NCBI GenBank assembly: GCA_044355685.1
Contig: JBIKXP010000001.1
Span: forward strand, 1 to 49,622
Reading direction: 5' to 3'
DNA from: Phycisphaerales bacterium
Lineage (GTDB): Bacteria; Planctomycetota; Phycisphaerae; Phycisphaerales; SM1A02
DNA: 49,622 nucleotides
This document shows positions 7,498 to 17,067 of the stretch, one piece after another. The notes beneath the pieces are model-generated. The model worked only from the letters and a program-made list of their open reading frames with translations. It had not been told where the DNA came from and did no database searches. The translations under genes and the position numbers were made by a program. The stretch's first letter is position 1; every line of letters starts with the position of its first letter.

Positions 7498-10410
7498 ATG
7501 CGTCGTTCGGTGCTCTCGGAGCAAGTTGCGAAGACCCCCTCGGCATTGTTTCGCGCAACCGCTGCGCCGCGCCATGGGAATCGTTCCTCGGATCGCTCTC
7601 GGTCCGGGGGCTGCGTGCAGCGCCGCCTCCCGATCGGGCCTGCGACGAGCCTCGCCGGGTTCCTCTGGGCGTCGACCCTGCTCGGCGGCGTTGCCTTCGC
7701 CGATGCGATTCAGGTTGACGAGTTCACGGTGCGCTGGCAGCGGCCGGTCGGCCTTCCCGAGTTCGAGAAGCCTCGCGAGAACGTGAGCAACATCGCACTC
7801 GCCTGCGCCGAGTACCTCGCTGCGGTCGGAGGCGTCGACAGCGCCGGTCTGCTTGCGCCGATGCCGATCACGATCCTGAACAAGCCGCTCGGCTTCGGCG
7901 CCGTCATCCGCAAGTCTGAGGAAAAGCCGCTCGGCGAGTCGGGCCCAGACGACTTCGAGAACGCGCAGATGGTTGCGCCGACCGAGCTCGGCACCGTCGC
8001 GCAGGGGGTGTACCGCTCTGCGGTCGACTTCCTCGTCGAGCGCGCGAATCGCTTGGCAAACTCGGCCGACGTGCAGAAGGACCCGGTCGTCGAGAGGGCC
8101 ATTCAGGGATTCGCGACGTTCCTCTCCGATCCCTCGAAGCGATCGCTCGAGAGCCCGGCGTTCTGGACGCGCTTCAGCGTCATGCCCGGCAACATCGTCT
8201 GGTTCCACGACACGCGTACGAAGGTCGACGGCGAGCGCGAGGTCGGCGGACAGCAGGAAACGCTGCCGCTCCCCCGCGTGACCGCAGGCTTCACGGTCGA
8301 CACCGAATCCCTTGCGGGCCTCGCCCGTCAGTTCGAGAGCGCGCTCGAGGCGAACCTCTTCCTCCAGTCCGGAGACACGGACACGAGGATCGGCCTCGAC
8401 TTCGAGGTCGCAGCGCGGCCGGTAGGCGCTGGCTCGCGCACGGTCGAACTCACCGCTTCGTTCGTCGGCCCCGCCGAGGCGCCGGCCCTTCCGGTGCGAA
8501 ACTTCGCCATCACGTACCGAGGTGGAGATGGCTCTGAGCTGGCGACCGGCTCCGCTGACGCGCGCTACGACCTTCCCGATGCGCAGGCCGTGCTCGCCGC
8601 GACGACGGTCGCGCTGTACCGCGTGCGCGAGGGCGAGCGCACCTACCTCACCGACTTCGCTCCGGGGGCGAGCGCCGAGGATAGGGTCGATCTTCGCCTT
8701 GACACCGTCTTCGAGCAACCCGAAATGCTCTCGGTGAGCGCCCTACAGTCCGTGTTTCAGGCGGTGCTCGTGACGCTTCAGGCGGCTGAAGGCGACAGCG
8801 GCGTCGAAGGCGGCGATCTGATCGGTGTGTTCGTCGACGCAGACGACAACCAGCTCGATCTCTCGCGCGGCTGCCTCGACAGCAGGCCGGCCGACGCAAA
8901 CGGCGTCTTTAGGATCAAGGTCGTGCCGGGCATCGTCAGCAGCGTTCGCACCGTCGCCTCCGGCGAGCGCGTCTCGCCCGACGAGCGCGTGAATCCGCCC
9001 TACCCGCGGTTCGACCGCTTCCGCGCCAACGCACCGTTCCAGCCGGGGAGCGAGACCCCGCAGGTCCTTCGCGAGGCGCCGCTGCGCGAGTACCTCGACA
9101 AGCAGAGCCGGCACCCGAACCGCCGCGTCGATGCGGCGATCACCGCCGCCGAGCCAGGGCAGGCCGCCAGCGCCGCCGCGGCCGAGGGCGCGCCGCAGTG
9201 GAACTCGCAGGGCACCGTCGGGGTCGACTTCCTCGTCACCGAGAACAAGCCGTGGACGGTGTTCGTCCAGGGTTCGAACACGGGCGTCGAGTCGACCGGC
9301 GAGTGGCAGACCCGCGTTGGCTACTTCAACAGCGACGTGTTCGGCAAAGACGAGATCTTCTCGGCCGAATACGTGACCACGAACTTCACCGACAGCAACG
9401 CCGTCACCGCGTACTTCGACGCGCCGGTCGGCGAGAGCGACTCGCTGCGCTGGAAGGCCTTCGCCGGATACAGCCAGTACACGGCCTCCGACGTCGGCTT
9501 CGTGTTCGCCGATTTCGAGGGCGAGTCGCCCGTCGTCGGCGCCGAGCTCTCGTGGAACGTGGCCCAGTGGGGCAAGACGTTCCTCGACGTCGTCGGCGGC
9601 GTCAGTTGGACGAACGTCAACGTCTTCAACGGCCTGACGAACGACACCGGCGACGAGGACTTCCTCATCCCGTACGTCGGCGCGCGGCTCCAGCGCAACA
9701 ACCGCGACGCCACCACCGACTTCGCCGTCTACCTCGACTTCGGCGTCGGGAGCGACTCGACGCAGGCGCAGCTCAACAAGCTCGGCCGCCTGTTCCCCTC
9801 GCAGGACTTCCAGATCCTGCGCTTTGATTTCGCGCAGTCCTTCTACCTCGATCCGTTCTTCCAGGATCCGGGCGACCTCGCGAACGCGACCCTCGCGCAC
9901 GAACTCTACTTCCGCTTCCATGGCCAGAACAGCCTCGGCAACCGGCTTGTGCCGCAGTTCATGGCGACGGCAGGTGGCTTCTACACCGTGCGCGGCTATC
10001 CAACGTCGTTCGTCGCGGGCGACAACGTCTATCTCCTCACGGGCGAGTATCGCCTGCACATTCCGCAGCTTCTCGGGATCGATCCGAACCCGCAGCCGTT
10101 CATGGGCATCGGCAATCAACCGTTCCGCCTGCGGCCCCAGTTCGGCTACGGACCGACCGACTGGGATCTCATCGTGCGCGCGTTCGTGGACGCCGGCGTC
10201 GTCGAGAACGTGGACAAGCTCAGTTTCGAGTCAGACGAAAACCTCGTCGGCGCGGGCTTCGGCGTCGAGCTGCAGATGTACAAGGGTCTCGCTTATCCAA
10301 CCCTTCGAAACATGAGCCTTCGGGTGGACGTCGGATTCCCGCTCACGGACCCCGATTTTACCGACATCGACGGAACCCAGATCACGTTTGTCGGCACTTT
10401 ATCTTTCTGA
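7498..10410 (+). CDS. TpsB-type (ShlB/FhaC family) outer-membrane transporter with an extended N-terminal region
   Basis: There is a signal peptide (LAGFLWASTLLGGVAFA/DA). The C-terminal ~390 aa carry barrel hallmarks (VDFLVTENKPWTVFVQGSNTGVESTGEWQTRVGY ; GGFYTVRGYP). The gene lies immediately upstream of a TPS-domain exoprotein. ATG 7498 is preceded by GGAG; alternative in-frame starts are TTG 7471 and GTG 7615. Confidence 0.75.
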   Translation: MRRSVLSEQVAKTPSALFRATAAPRHGNRSSDRSRSGGCVQRRLPIGPATSLAGFLWASTLLGGVAFADAIQVDEFTVRWQRPVGLPEFEKPRENVSNIALACAEYLAAVGGVDSAGLLAPMPITILNKPLGFGAVIRKSEEKPLGESGPDDFENAQMVAPTELGTVAQGVYRSAVDFLVERANRLANSADVQKDPVVERAIQGFATFLSDPSKRSLESPAFWTRFSVMPGNIVWFHDTRTKVDGEREVGGQQETLPLPRVTAGFTVDTESLAGLARQFESALEANLFLQSGDTDTRIGLDFEVAARPVGAGSRTVELTASFVGPAEAPALPVRNFAITYRGGDGSELATGSADARYDLPDAQAVLAATTVALYRVREGERTYLTDFAPGASAEDRVDLRLDTVFEQPEMLSVSALQSVFQAVLVTLQAAEGDSGVEGGDLIGVFVDADDNQLDLSRGCLDSRPADANGVFRIKVVPGIVSSVRTVASGERVSPDERVNPPYPRFDRFRANAPFQPGSETPQVLREAPLREYLDKQSRHPNRRVDAAITAAEPGQAASAAAAEGAPQWNSQGTVGVDFLVTENKPWTVFVQGSNTGVESTGEWQTRVGYFNSDVFGKDEIFSAEYVTTNFTDSNAVTAYFDAPVGESDSLRWKAFAGYSQYTASDVGFVFADFEGESPVVGAELSWNVAQWGKTFLDVVGGVSWTNVNVFNGLTNDTGDEDFLIPYVGARLQRNNRDATTDFAVYLDFGVGSDSTQAQLNKLGRLFPSQDFQILRFDFAQSFYLDPFFQDPGDLANATLAHELYFRFHGQNSLGNRLVPQFMATAGGFYTVRGYPTSFVAGDNVYLLTGEYRLHIPQLLGIDPNPQPFMGIGNQPFRLRPQFGYGPTDWDLIVRAFVDAGVVENVDKLSFESDENLVGAGFGVELQMYKGLAYPTLRNMSLRVDVGFPLTDPDFTDIDGTQITFVGTLSF

Positions 10411-10512
10411 TCTGCCTGAACTTAGGTCATATTTGTTCCTGTCCATAGCCACTTTCCCGTCCGCCTGTTCGTCGAGCGGTCTTGGGGTGAATCAACAAAG
10501 GAAGATCTGTCT

Positions 10513-13500
10513 ATGTCTCGCGCACGCAAGGGAACCATCGGTTGGGAACTCGTCGCCGGTCAGTGGATGCAGCGCACGGCTGCGTTCATCCTCTCGCTGA
10601 CACTTGTCGAGGCGCTGCACGCGCAGAGCTCGACGAGCATCACCAACCCGACCCTCGTGAACGGCAACGTCACGTGGACCGATCTCGGCGGCGGAAACTG
10701 GCAGTTCACCGTCGGCTCGCAGTCGGCGATCGTGAACTTCACGTCGTTCGGCATTCCGGACGGCGCGGTCGTGCAGTTCCTCATGAACTCCGACATGCGG
10801 GTCCTGAACCGCGTGATCGGCGACTTCCCGACCGAGATCAACGGCAGCCTCCTTGCAAGCGGACAGATCTTCATCGTGAATCCCGCCGGCGTCTTCATTG
10901 GCGCAAACGGCGTGGTCAACGTCGGCTCGCTCTACGCGGCCGCCGGCGACGTGACCGACGCTGCGTTCGGCCTTGACGGAAGCCCCGTGCCGACGAGCGT
11001 GCAGGCGACGAACGTGCGCGGCGAGATTCGCAACGAAGGCCTCATCCAGGCCTCGACGAAGGCGACGCTGATCGGCACGCGCGTGGTCAACCTCGGCGTC
11101 GGCCCGGCGCGTGGCATCGTGGTCGGTCCCGGCGGCGTCGCGCTCATGGTGTCGCACAACGGCGACGTGACCGTGTTCGAACCGGGCTCGAACCCGCAGC
11201 TCTTCGCGGTTTCGAACGCGGGGGCAGATATCGGTGGCGTCGGCGTCGACAACTCGGGACGGGTCGAGGTCGGAGCGGGCGGCGTGCTGCAGCTCGGCGC
11301 AGGCGACGTCTACTCGGTGGCGATCCGCAACACCGGCGCGCTGAGCGCGCAGGACGGCCAGATCGTCATGACCGGCCGCCAGATCGAGCAGTCCGGCGGA
11401 CAGTTGACCACCGCGTCGCTCGTGGTCGGTGGAAACGCCGGCGCGGCCGATCAGATGACGCTCTCGGGCGCCGTCAACGCGGACAGCGCGCAGATCAGCG
11501 CCTCCGCGGTCGTGCTCAATGGAGCGACCACGTTCCGCGGCCAGGGCGGCGCGGGCGACCAGGCGACCGGCGTGCTCATCATCGGCGACGTGCGCAGCAG
11601 CGGCGGCGCGCAAGCCGTGACCTTCGATTCCGCGGTCGCTACGGTGACCGGCGCACTCGGCGGCGTTGCCGCGGAGCGCATCGACAGCGTGACTGCAACC
11701 GGCGACCTCAACGCGCTCGGCGCGATGCGGGTTGCGAACGACGTCTCGGTGACGGGCGCGGCCTTCGTCGGCGGCAACCTCGATCTCGGCGGCAACGCCC
11801 TGGTCGGCGACTCGCTGACGGTGGCGGGCGACCTCAACCTCGACAACGCAGCCGCAGCGCAGTCGGTGTCCGCGGGCGGCGCGCTCGCCGTCACGGGCGG
11901 CGTGACCGCGCTTCGCGACGCCGCGCTCACCGGCGCCTCCGTGTCGGTCGCCGGTTCCGCGACTTCGGCAGAGGGGCTGTCTCTCAACGCAACGGCGGGT
12001 GGCCTGAGCGTCGGTGCGAACGCCGGCGCTGGCACGAACCTCTCCATCTCCGCTGCGGGCGATGCGTCGGTCGTCGGCGCCGCAACGGCCGGCGGCGACC
12101 TGTCGCTGCTCGCCGGTGGCGCGCTCACCGCAGGAAGCGTCACGGCTTCGAACAACGCCCTGGTCTTCGGCAACTCTGTCGCGATCACTGGCGATGCGAG
12201 CGCGGGCGCGGGCGCGCTCTCTGTTTCCGCTGGCGGCGGCAACGTCTCGGTGGGCGGCAGCGCGACCGCCGGCACCGATCTCACTATGGGCACGGGCGGC
12301 GACGTCTCGGTCGGAGGGAACACCACTGCGGGCAGCAGCCTGCTCGTGTTCGGCAACGCGGTGAACATCACGGGAGACGCCACGGCCACATCCGGTGCGC
12401 TGACTGTCGCTGCTGGCGGCGGAAACGCCAGCATCGGCGGCAACCTCGCCGCCGGGACCGACGTCAACCTGAACTCGGGCGGCACCGCGAGCGTGGGCGG
12501 CGACCTGACCGCGGGGAACAGCGCCGTGATCTTCGGTAACGCAATCTCGATCGGGGGCAACGCGACGGCGTCCGCCGGCGCGCTCACCCTCTCTGCCGGC
12601 GCCGGTAACGCGTCGATCGTCGGCGATGCGACCGCTGGGTCGAACGTGGTCATCAGCTCCGGCGCAGACGTCTCTGTCGGCGGAAACGTGACGGCGGCGA
12701 TCGGCGTCGCGCTTTCCGGCGCGAGCGTGAGTGTCACCGGCGACGCGACAGCGACTGCCGGCTCGCTCGCCCTTACTTCGAACGTCGGCAACGCCTCGAT
12801 CGGCGGCGCGGCGAGCGCAGGCAACGACATCAACGTCAATTCTTCTGGCAACGCGAGCTTCGGCGGCGCGGCGATCGCCGGCAACAGCATCACCGTGAAC
12901 TCGGTGGGCGACACCACCGTCGTTGGTGCGGCGGACGCCGGCAATGATCTCAACCTCATCGCAGGTGGCGCTGTAAGCGCCGCGAGCGTTACCGCCGCGA
13001 ACAGCGTCTTGGTGTTCGGCGGTTCGGTCGCGATCACTGGCGACGCCCAGGCGACGGCGGGGATGCTCTCGATTTCGTCGGGCACCGGCGCGGTGAGCGT
13101 CGGCGGCAACGCGAGCGCGGGAACCGATCTCGTCATGTCGACGGGCGGCGACGTCTCGATCGGCGGCGACGCCAGCGCGAACAACATCCTGCTCATCTTC
13201 GGAAGCGCAGTGAACGTGATCGGCAACGTCTCGACGACCGCCGGCCAGCTGACCGTCGCGGCCGGTGCGGGCAACCTCACCGTCGGCGCAAACGTCACCG
13301 GCGGCGCGGATGTCCTCCTGAGCGGCGGCTCCTCCGTCGATGTCGGCGGCAATGTCTCCGCCGCGGGCAATTCGCAGATGTTCGGCAGCTCGGTCGACGT
13401 TGCAGGCGACGTCTCGGCGACTGCTGGCAGCGTGATCATCTCCGCTGGCGGCGGCAACGCCTCTGTGGCAGGCAATGCCACGGCCGGAGCCGATGTCACG

Positions 13501-16500
13501 ATCAGCTCCGCCGCCGCCACTTCGGTGGGTGGCAGCGTCACCGCCGCGAACAACGCCACGCTCTCGGGTGGATCGGTCTCGGTGACCGGCGACGCCACCG
13601 CGACAGCCGGCGACCTCGCCGTGACGGCGACCGGCGGAAACGCGTCGATCTCGGGCGCAGCGACCGCGGGCAACAACGTGAACATGAGCGCCTCGGGCGC
13701 GTTGACTGCCGCGAGCGTGACGGCCGCGAACGACGCCACGCTCTCGGGCGGATCGGTCTCGGTGACCGGCGACGCGACCGCGACCGCCGGCAACCTCGGC
13801 GTGACGGCGACCGCCGGCGACGCCTCGATCGGCGGCGCAGCGACCGCGGGCAACAACGTGAACATGAGCGCCTCGGGCGCGTTGACTGCCGCGAGCGTGA
13901 CGGCCGCGAACGACGCCTCGCTCTCTGGCGGATCGGTCTCGGTGACCGGCGCGGCCACCGCGACCGCCGGCAACCTCGCCGTGACGGCGACCGCCGGCGA
14001 CGCCTCGATCGGCGGCGCAGCGACCGCGGGCAACAACGTGAACCTGAGCGCCTCGGGCGCGTTGACTACCGCGAGCGTGACCGCCGCGAACGACGCCACG
14101 CTCTCTGGCGGATCGGTCTCGGTGACCGGCGCCGCGACCGCGACCGCCGGCAACCTCGCCGTGACGGCGACCGGCGGAAACGCGTCGATCTCGGGCGCAG
14201 CGACCGCGGGCAACAACGTGAACCTGAGCGCCTCGGGCGCGTTGACTACCGCGAGCGTGACCGCCGCGAACGACGCCTCGCTCTCGGGCGCATCGGTCTC
14301 GGTGACCGGCGCGGCCACCGCGACCGCGGGCAGCCTCGGTGTGACGACAACCACCGGCAACGCATCGATCGGCGGCGCAGCGTCGGCCGGAGCCAACGTG
14401 GTCGTGAACACCGGCGGCTCGGCCAGCTTCAGCGGCAACGTGAGCGCCGGCAGCGACATCGTCCTGAATTCCGGCGGCTCGGCCAGCTTCCTCGGCAATG
14501 TGAACGCCGGCGACGACGTGAGCCTCGCCGCGAACGCCTTCACCTTCCGAGGCAACGTCCTCGCGTCGGACAACGTCACCATCGACGCCAACGGCGGTGC
14601 AGTGACCTTCGACGGCAGCGCCGCCCAGACGGTGCGCGCCGACAACGGCGCCATCATCATCGATGGCGCGGTCACGAAGACCGGCAGCAGCGGTGGAGGC
14701 GGTGGCGGCGTCCCCACCCTGCTCCCGCCGGGCGACCTTCTGCTTGACGCGGGCACTACGCTCGATGTGACCGGCGCGATCAACGTCGCCGGTTCGCTCG
14801 GCACGATCTCGGGCAGCGCCTCGACCTTCGGCGGCGACGTCGTCGCCAAAAACAACGTCACACTCGATGCCAACGGCGGCGCGATCAACTTCAATGGCGC
14901 AGCAGGCCAGACGGTGCGCGCCGACACCGGCGCGCTCCTGATCGACGGCGCGGTCTCGAAGACCGGCGGCGACCTCACCCTCGACGCAGGCACCACGCTC
15001 GAGATCACCGGCGCCGTGCAGTCGTCGGGTTCGCTGAGCTCGACCTCGGTCGGCGCCTCGACCTTCCGTGGCGCGGTGACCGCGGGCGACGACCTCACCA
15101 TCGCTGCGAGCAGCATCGGTCTCTTCGGCAACCTCACCGGTGGTGCCGACGTCGGCGACACGATCACCCTCACCGGTCCGGTCGTGCTCAACGCGGCTAA
15201 CTCGACCTGGAGCGCCGACGGCATCCGTGTGAACGGCACCATCGATGGCGCCACCGCCGGCGCGCAGACGCTTGCGCTTTCGGCGCTCGACCGCTCGATC
15301 CTGAGCGGCGGAATCGGCAACTCGGTCCGGCTCGGCGAGTTCCGCATCGTGAACGGCTTCACCCAGCTGGGAACGGTCGCAGGCGGCCTGTTCGTGGTCG
15401 ACGCCGACCGCTTCGTGCTCGAGCCGGCCTCGCGCCCGGCGGGCGTGGGCGTCGATCTCGCAAGCCCCGGAAACCTGGTGTTCAACGCCGGCGAGTTCAC
15501 GATGGCGCAGGGCACCAAGGCGACTGTCATCGGCGACTTCACCATCAACTCGGGCGCCGGCACCGTCCGCCTCAGCGATGTGAACACCATCGGCGTGTTC
15601 GAGGTGAACGCAGGGTCCATCCGGCTGGTGGCCCGCAATGGCGCCGGTGCACTGACCTCGATCGGAACGATAAGCGACACCGGCCTCGACTTCGTCTCGC
15701 TCGGAGGATTCCGGTTCTCCGTCGTGCCGGTCCTGGACGGCGTTGGCGCAGTTCGCTTCGCGTCGCCGAACGCGACCGGCGACCTGAACGGCACCCTCAC
15801 CAGCTTCGTCATGCTCAACCTCAACGACTCCGACCTCGGCCTCCTCGGCGAAGCCGGCGGCGTGGTCGCGGCCGACTTCGCGAACATGGCAACCTTCTTC
15901 GACCTGATCGCGGACGGAGCCAGCAACGCCAGCAGCGCGACGACGCTCGCTGCGCTTGCACCGGCCGATACCGAAGGCTCGACCGAACCGGGCGGCGTGG
16001 CGCTCTCCGCATCGGAGCGTCGTCGCCTCGAGGCGTTGCTTGGCGGCAGCATCGAGATCCGTCTGCCTGAAGTCGCCGAGATCCTCGAGATCGGCCGCGG
16101 CTCGGTCGCGTTCCGCGACCACGGCCGCAACGAAGTCGCGGCGCTCGCGGCCGGGTCCGACGTCGAGTCGGTCGCGGCGCGTGGCGGCGATTGGCGGCGC
16201 CCGCTGCCTGCGGTCGTTCAGCGCTTCGCAGGCGCGCGCGTGCGCGAACTGCTTGCGACGTCGGACGCGCTCAGCTCGATGCCGCGCGCTGCGCTCTCCT
16301 CGGCCGCCGGGGCGATCGCCGACGCCTATACGTCGCGCGCCTCGCTCGCATCGGTCGTCGAGAAGGCACGTGAGTCCGGCAACGCCGCCGAACTCGATGC
16401 CATGCGCGCAATCGGCCGCTGGGTCACGCTCGGCGAAGAGCTCGGCCTGACCGACGCCGAGCGGCGCCGTGCGGGCGATGCGCAGTCGATGTGGCCGCAG

Positions 16501-16605
16501 AGCCTCGTCACGCTGAACAGCGATCTCGAGTCGTTCAGCGTGCCTGCATCCGCATTCGACGCGGAGTTCTGGATGGCGCTCGAGCGTCCGATCGCTTCGA
16601 AGTGA
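10513..16605 (+). CDS. TpsA-type filamentous-haemagglutinin-like exoprotein (2030 aa)
   Basis: There is a signal peptide (AAFILSLTLVEALHA/QS). The N-terminal TPS / haemagglutination-activity domain reads AIVNFTSFGIPDGAVVQFLMNSDMRVLNRVIGDFPTEINGSLLASGQIFIVNPAGVFIGANGVVNVGSL. More than 1200 aa of G/A/S/T/N-rich beta-helix repeats follow. The last ~260 aa are a non-repetitive Ala-rich C-terminus. Confidence 0.85.
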   Translation: MSRARKGTIGWELVAGQWMQRTAAFILSLTLVEALHAQSSTSITNPTLVNGNVTWTDLGGGNWQFTVGSQSAIVNFTSFGIPDGAVVQFLMNSDMRVLNRVIGDFPTEINGSLLASGQIFIVNPAGVFIGANGVVNVGSLYAAAGDVTDAAFGLDGSPVPTSVQATNVRGEIRNEGLIQASTKATLIGTRVVNLGVGPARGIVVGPGGVALMVSHNGDVTVFEPGSNPQLFAVSNAGADIGGVGVDNSGRVEVGAGGVLQLGAGDVYSVAIRNTGALSAQDGQIVMTGRQIEQSGGQLTTASLVVGGNAGAADQMTLSGAVNADSAQISASAVVLNGATTFRGQGGAGDQATGVLIIGDVRSSGGAQAVTFDSAVATVTGALGGVAAERIDSVTATGDLNALGAMRVANDVSVTGAAFVGGNLDLGGNALVGDSLTVAGDLNLDNAAAAQSVSAGGALAVTGGVTALRDAALTGASVSVAGSATSAEGLSLNATAGGLSVGANAGAGTNLSISAAGDASVVGAATAGGDLSLLAGGALTAGSVTASNNALVFGNSVAITGDASAGAGALSVSAGGGNVSVGGSATAGTDLTMGTGGDVSVGGNTTAGSSLLVFGNAVNITGDATATSGALTVAAGGGNASIGGNLAAGTDVNLNSGGTASVGGDLTAGNSAVIFGNAISIGGNATASAGALTLSAGAGNASIVGDATAGSNVVISSGADVSVGGNVTAAIGVALSGASVSVTGDATATAGSLALTSNVGNASIGGAASAGNDINVNSSGNASFGGAAIAGNSITVNSVGDTTVVGAADAGNDLNLIAGGAVSAASVTAANSVLVFGGSVAITGDAQATAGMLSISSGTGAVSVGGNASAGTDLVMSTGGDVSIGGDASANNILLIFGSAVNVIGNVSTTAGQLTVAAGAGNLTVGANVTGGADVLLSGGSSVDVGGNVSAAGNSQMFGSSVDVAGDVSATAGSVIISAGGGNASVAGNATAGADVTISSAAATSVGGSVTAANNATLSGGSVSVTGDATATAGDLAVTATGGNASISGAATAGNNVNMSASGALTAASVTAANDATLSGGSVSVTGDATATAGNLGVTATAGDASIGGAATAGNNVNMSASGALTAASVTAANDASLSGGSVSVTGAATATAGNLAVTATAGDASIGGAATAGNNVNLSASGALTTASVTAANDATLSGGSVSVTGAATATAGNLAVTATGGNASISGAATAGNNVNLSASGALTTASVTAANDASLSGASVSVTGAATATAGSLGVTTTTGNASIGGAASAGANVVVNTGGSASFSGNVSAGSDIVLNSGGSASFLGNVNAGDDVSLAANAFTFRGNVLASDNVTIDANGGAVTFDGSAAQTVRADNGAIIIDGAVTKTGSSGGGGGGVPTLLPPGDLLLDAGTTLDVTGAINVAGSLGTISGSASTFGGDVVAKNNVTLDANGGAINFNGAAGQTVRADTGALLIDGAVSKTGGDLTLDAGTTLEITGAVQSSGSLSSTSVGASTFRGAVTAGDDLTIAASSIGLFGNLTGGADVGDTITLTGPVVLNAANSTWSADGIRVNGTIDGATAGAQTLALSALDRSILSGGIGNSVRLGEFRIVNGFTQLGTVAGGLFVVDADRFVLEPASRPAGVGVDLASPGNLVFNAGEFTMAQGTKATVIGDFTINSGAGTVRLSDVNTIGVFEVNAGSIRLVARNGAGALTSIGTISDTGLDFVSLGGFRFSVVPVLDGVGAVRFASPNATGDLNGTLTSFVMLNLNDSDLGLLGEAGGVVAADFANMATFFDLIADGASNASSATTLAALAPADTEGSTEPGGVALSASERRRLEALLGGSIEIRLPEVAEILEIGRGSVAFRDHGRNEVAALAAGSDVESVAARGGDWRRPLPAVVQRFAGARVRELLATSDALSSMPRAALSSAAGAIADAYTSRASLASVVEKARESGNAAELDAMRAIGRWVTLGEELGLTDAERRRAGDAQSMWPQSLVTLNSDLESFSVPASAFDAEFWMALERPIASK
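13531..14400 (+). repeat. About 4.7 tandem copies of a near-identical 180-bp (60-aa) in-frame repeat inside tpsA
   Basis: The period is exactly 180 nt. Units 13561-13740, 13741-13920, 13921-14100 and 14101-14280 differ at only a handful of positions. A decayed copy follows up to about 14400. Confidence 0.9.
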
Positions 16606-16722
16606 TGGAGTCGTTCGACGCACCCGCCGATCCGAGCAGGGTCTGGCGGGTGCGTCGAGTTCATGGACATGGTGGCAGTGGATGGCAGGCAACATGGCGC
16701 CTGCGTCGGGAGACCGGTGGGC

Positions 16723-17067
16723 ATGGCCGACGACCGCGACTCGATGGCGTCAAGTCTTCTCGAGTCGCTCGGCGAGGACGAGTTGCTGCGCATTCTGTCG
16801 GAAGGTCTTGCGTCGCAGGCTTCCGACCCCGGTGGATCGGCATCTGACCGCGACGATCCCGCGGTAGCGCAGCGCCTGCTGGTCGGTGGAGTCGTGCGCG
16901 TGATCCTCGAGCGCTCCTTCCCCGCGCTCGCGGGCGGCGCGGACCTCGACGCCATCGAAGCCGACGTGACCGACGCCTTGATCGCGCATGAGCAGTCGCT
17001 CCGGCGGATCGAGCGTCTCGCCGCCTCGCTCCACCAGCGCTTCGACCATCGCGGGGGGCGCGGTTGA
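16723..17067 (+). CDS. Small acidic hypothetical protein (114 aa), translationally coupled to the sigma-factor gene
   Basis: This is the in-frame ATG 16723 of ORF 16663..17067. The composition is balanced and acidic (MADDRDSMASSLLESLGEDELLRILSEGL..). Its stop overlaps the TTG start of the next gene (TTGA). The competing frame starting at 16605 is Arg-rich. The start codon is uncertain; 16663 is also possible. Confidence 0.5.
   Translation: MADDRDSMASSLLESLGEDELLRILSEGLASQASDPGGSASDRDDPAVAQRLLVGGVVRVILERSFPALAGGADLDAIEADVTDALIAHEQSLRRIERLAASLHQRFDHRGGRG

Noticed and set aside
13531..14400. CRISPR-like regularity of the 180-bp repeats
   Set aside because: The repeats are contiguous with no unique spacers, in frame, and encode beta-helix repeats of TpsA. 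There are no cas genes.
15820..16605. Canonical CdiA toxin (VENN-delimited CdiA-CT)
   Set aside because: No VENN, ELYN or similar motif occurs anywhere in the 2030-aa protein, and no recognisable toxin motif occurs in the C-terminus. It is therefore called only a generic TpsA exoprotein.
10492..16695. 2067-aa minus-strand ORF antisense to tpsA
   Set aside because: It is Arg/Gly/Ala-rich and mirrors the repetitive coding strand. The plus-strand frame has a signal peptide and a TPS domain. This is a classic shadow ORF.
16605..16847. ORF starting at the ATG that overlaps the tpsA stop (MESFDAPADPSRVWRVRRVHGHGG...)
   Set aside because: It is very Arg/Gly-rich and lacks protein-like composition. 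The alternative frame (16723..17067) is acidic, balanced and coupled to the sigma gene.
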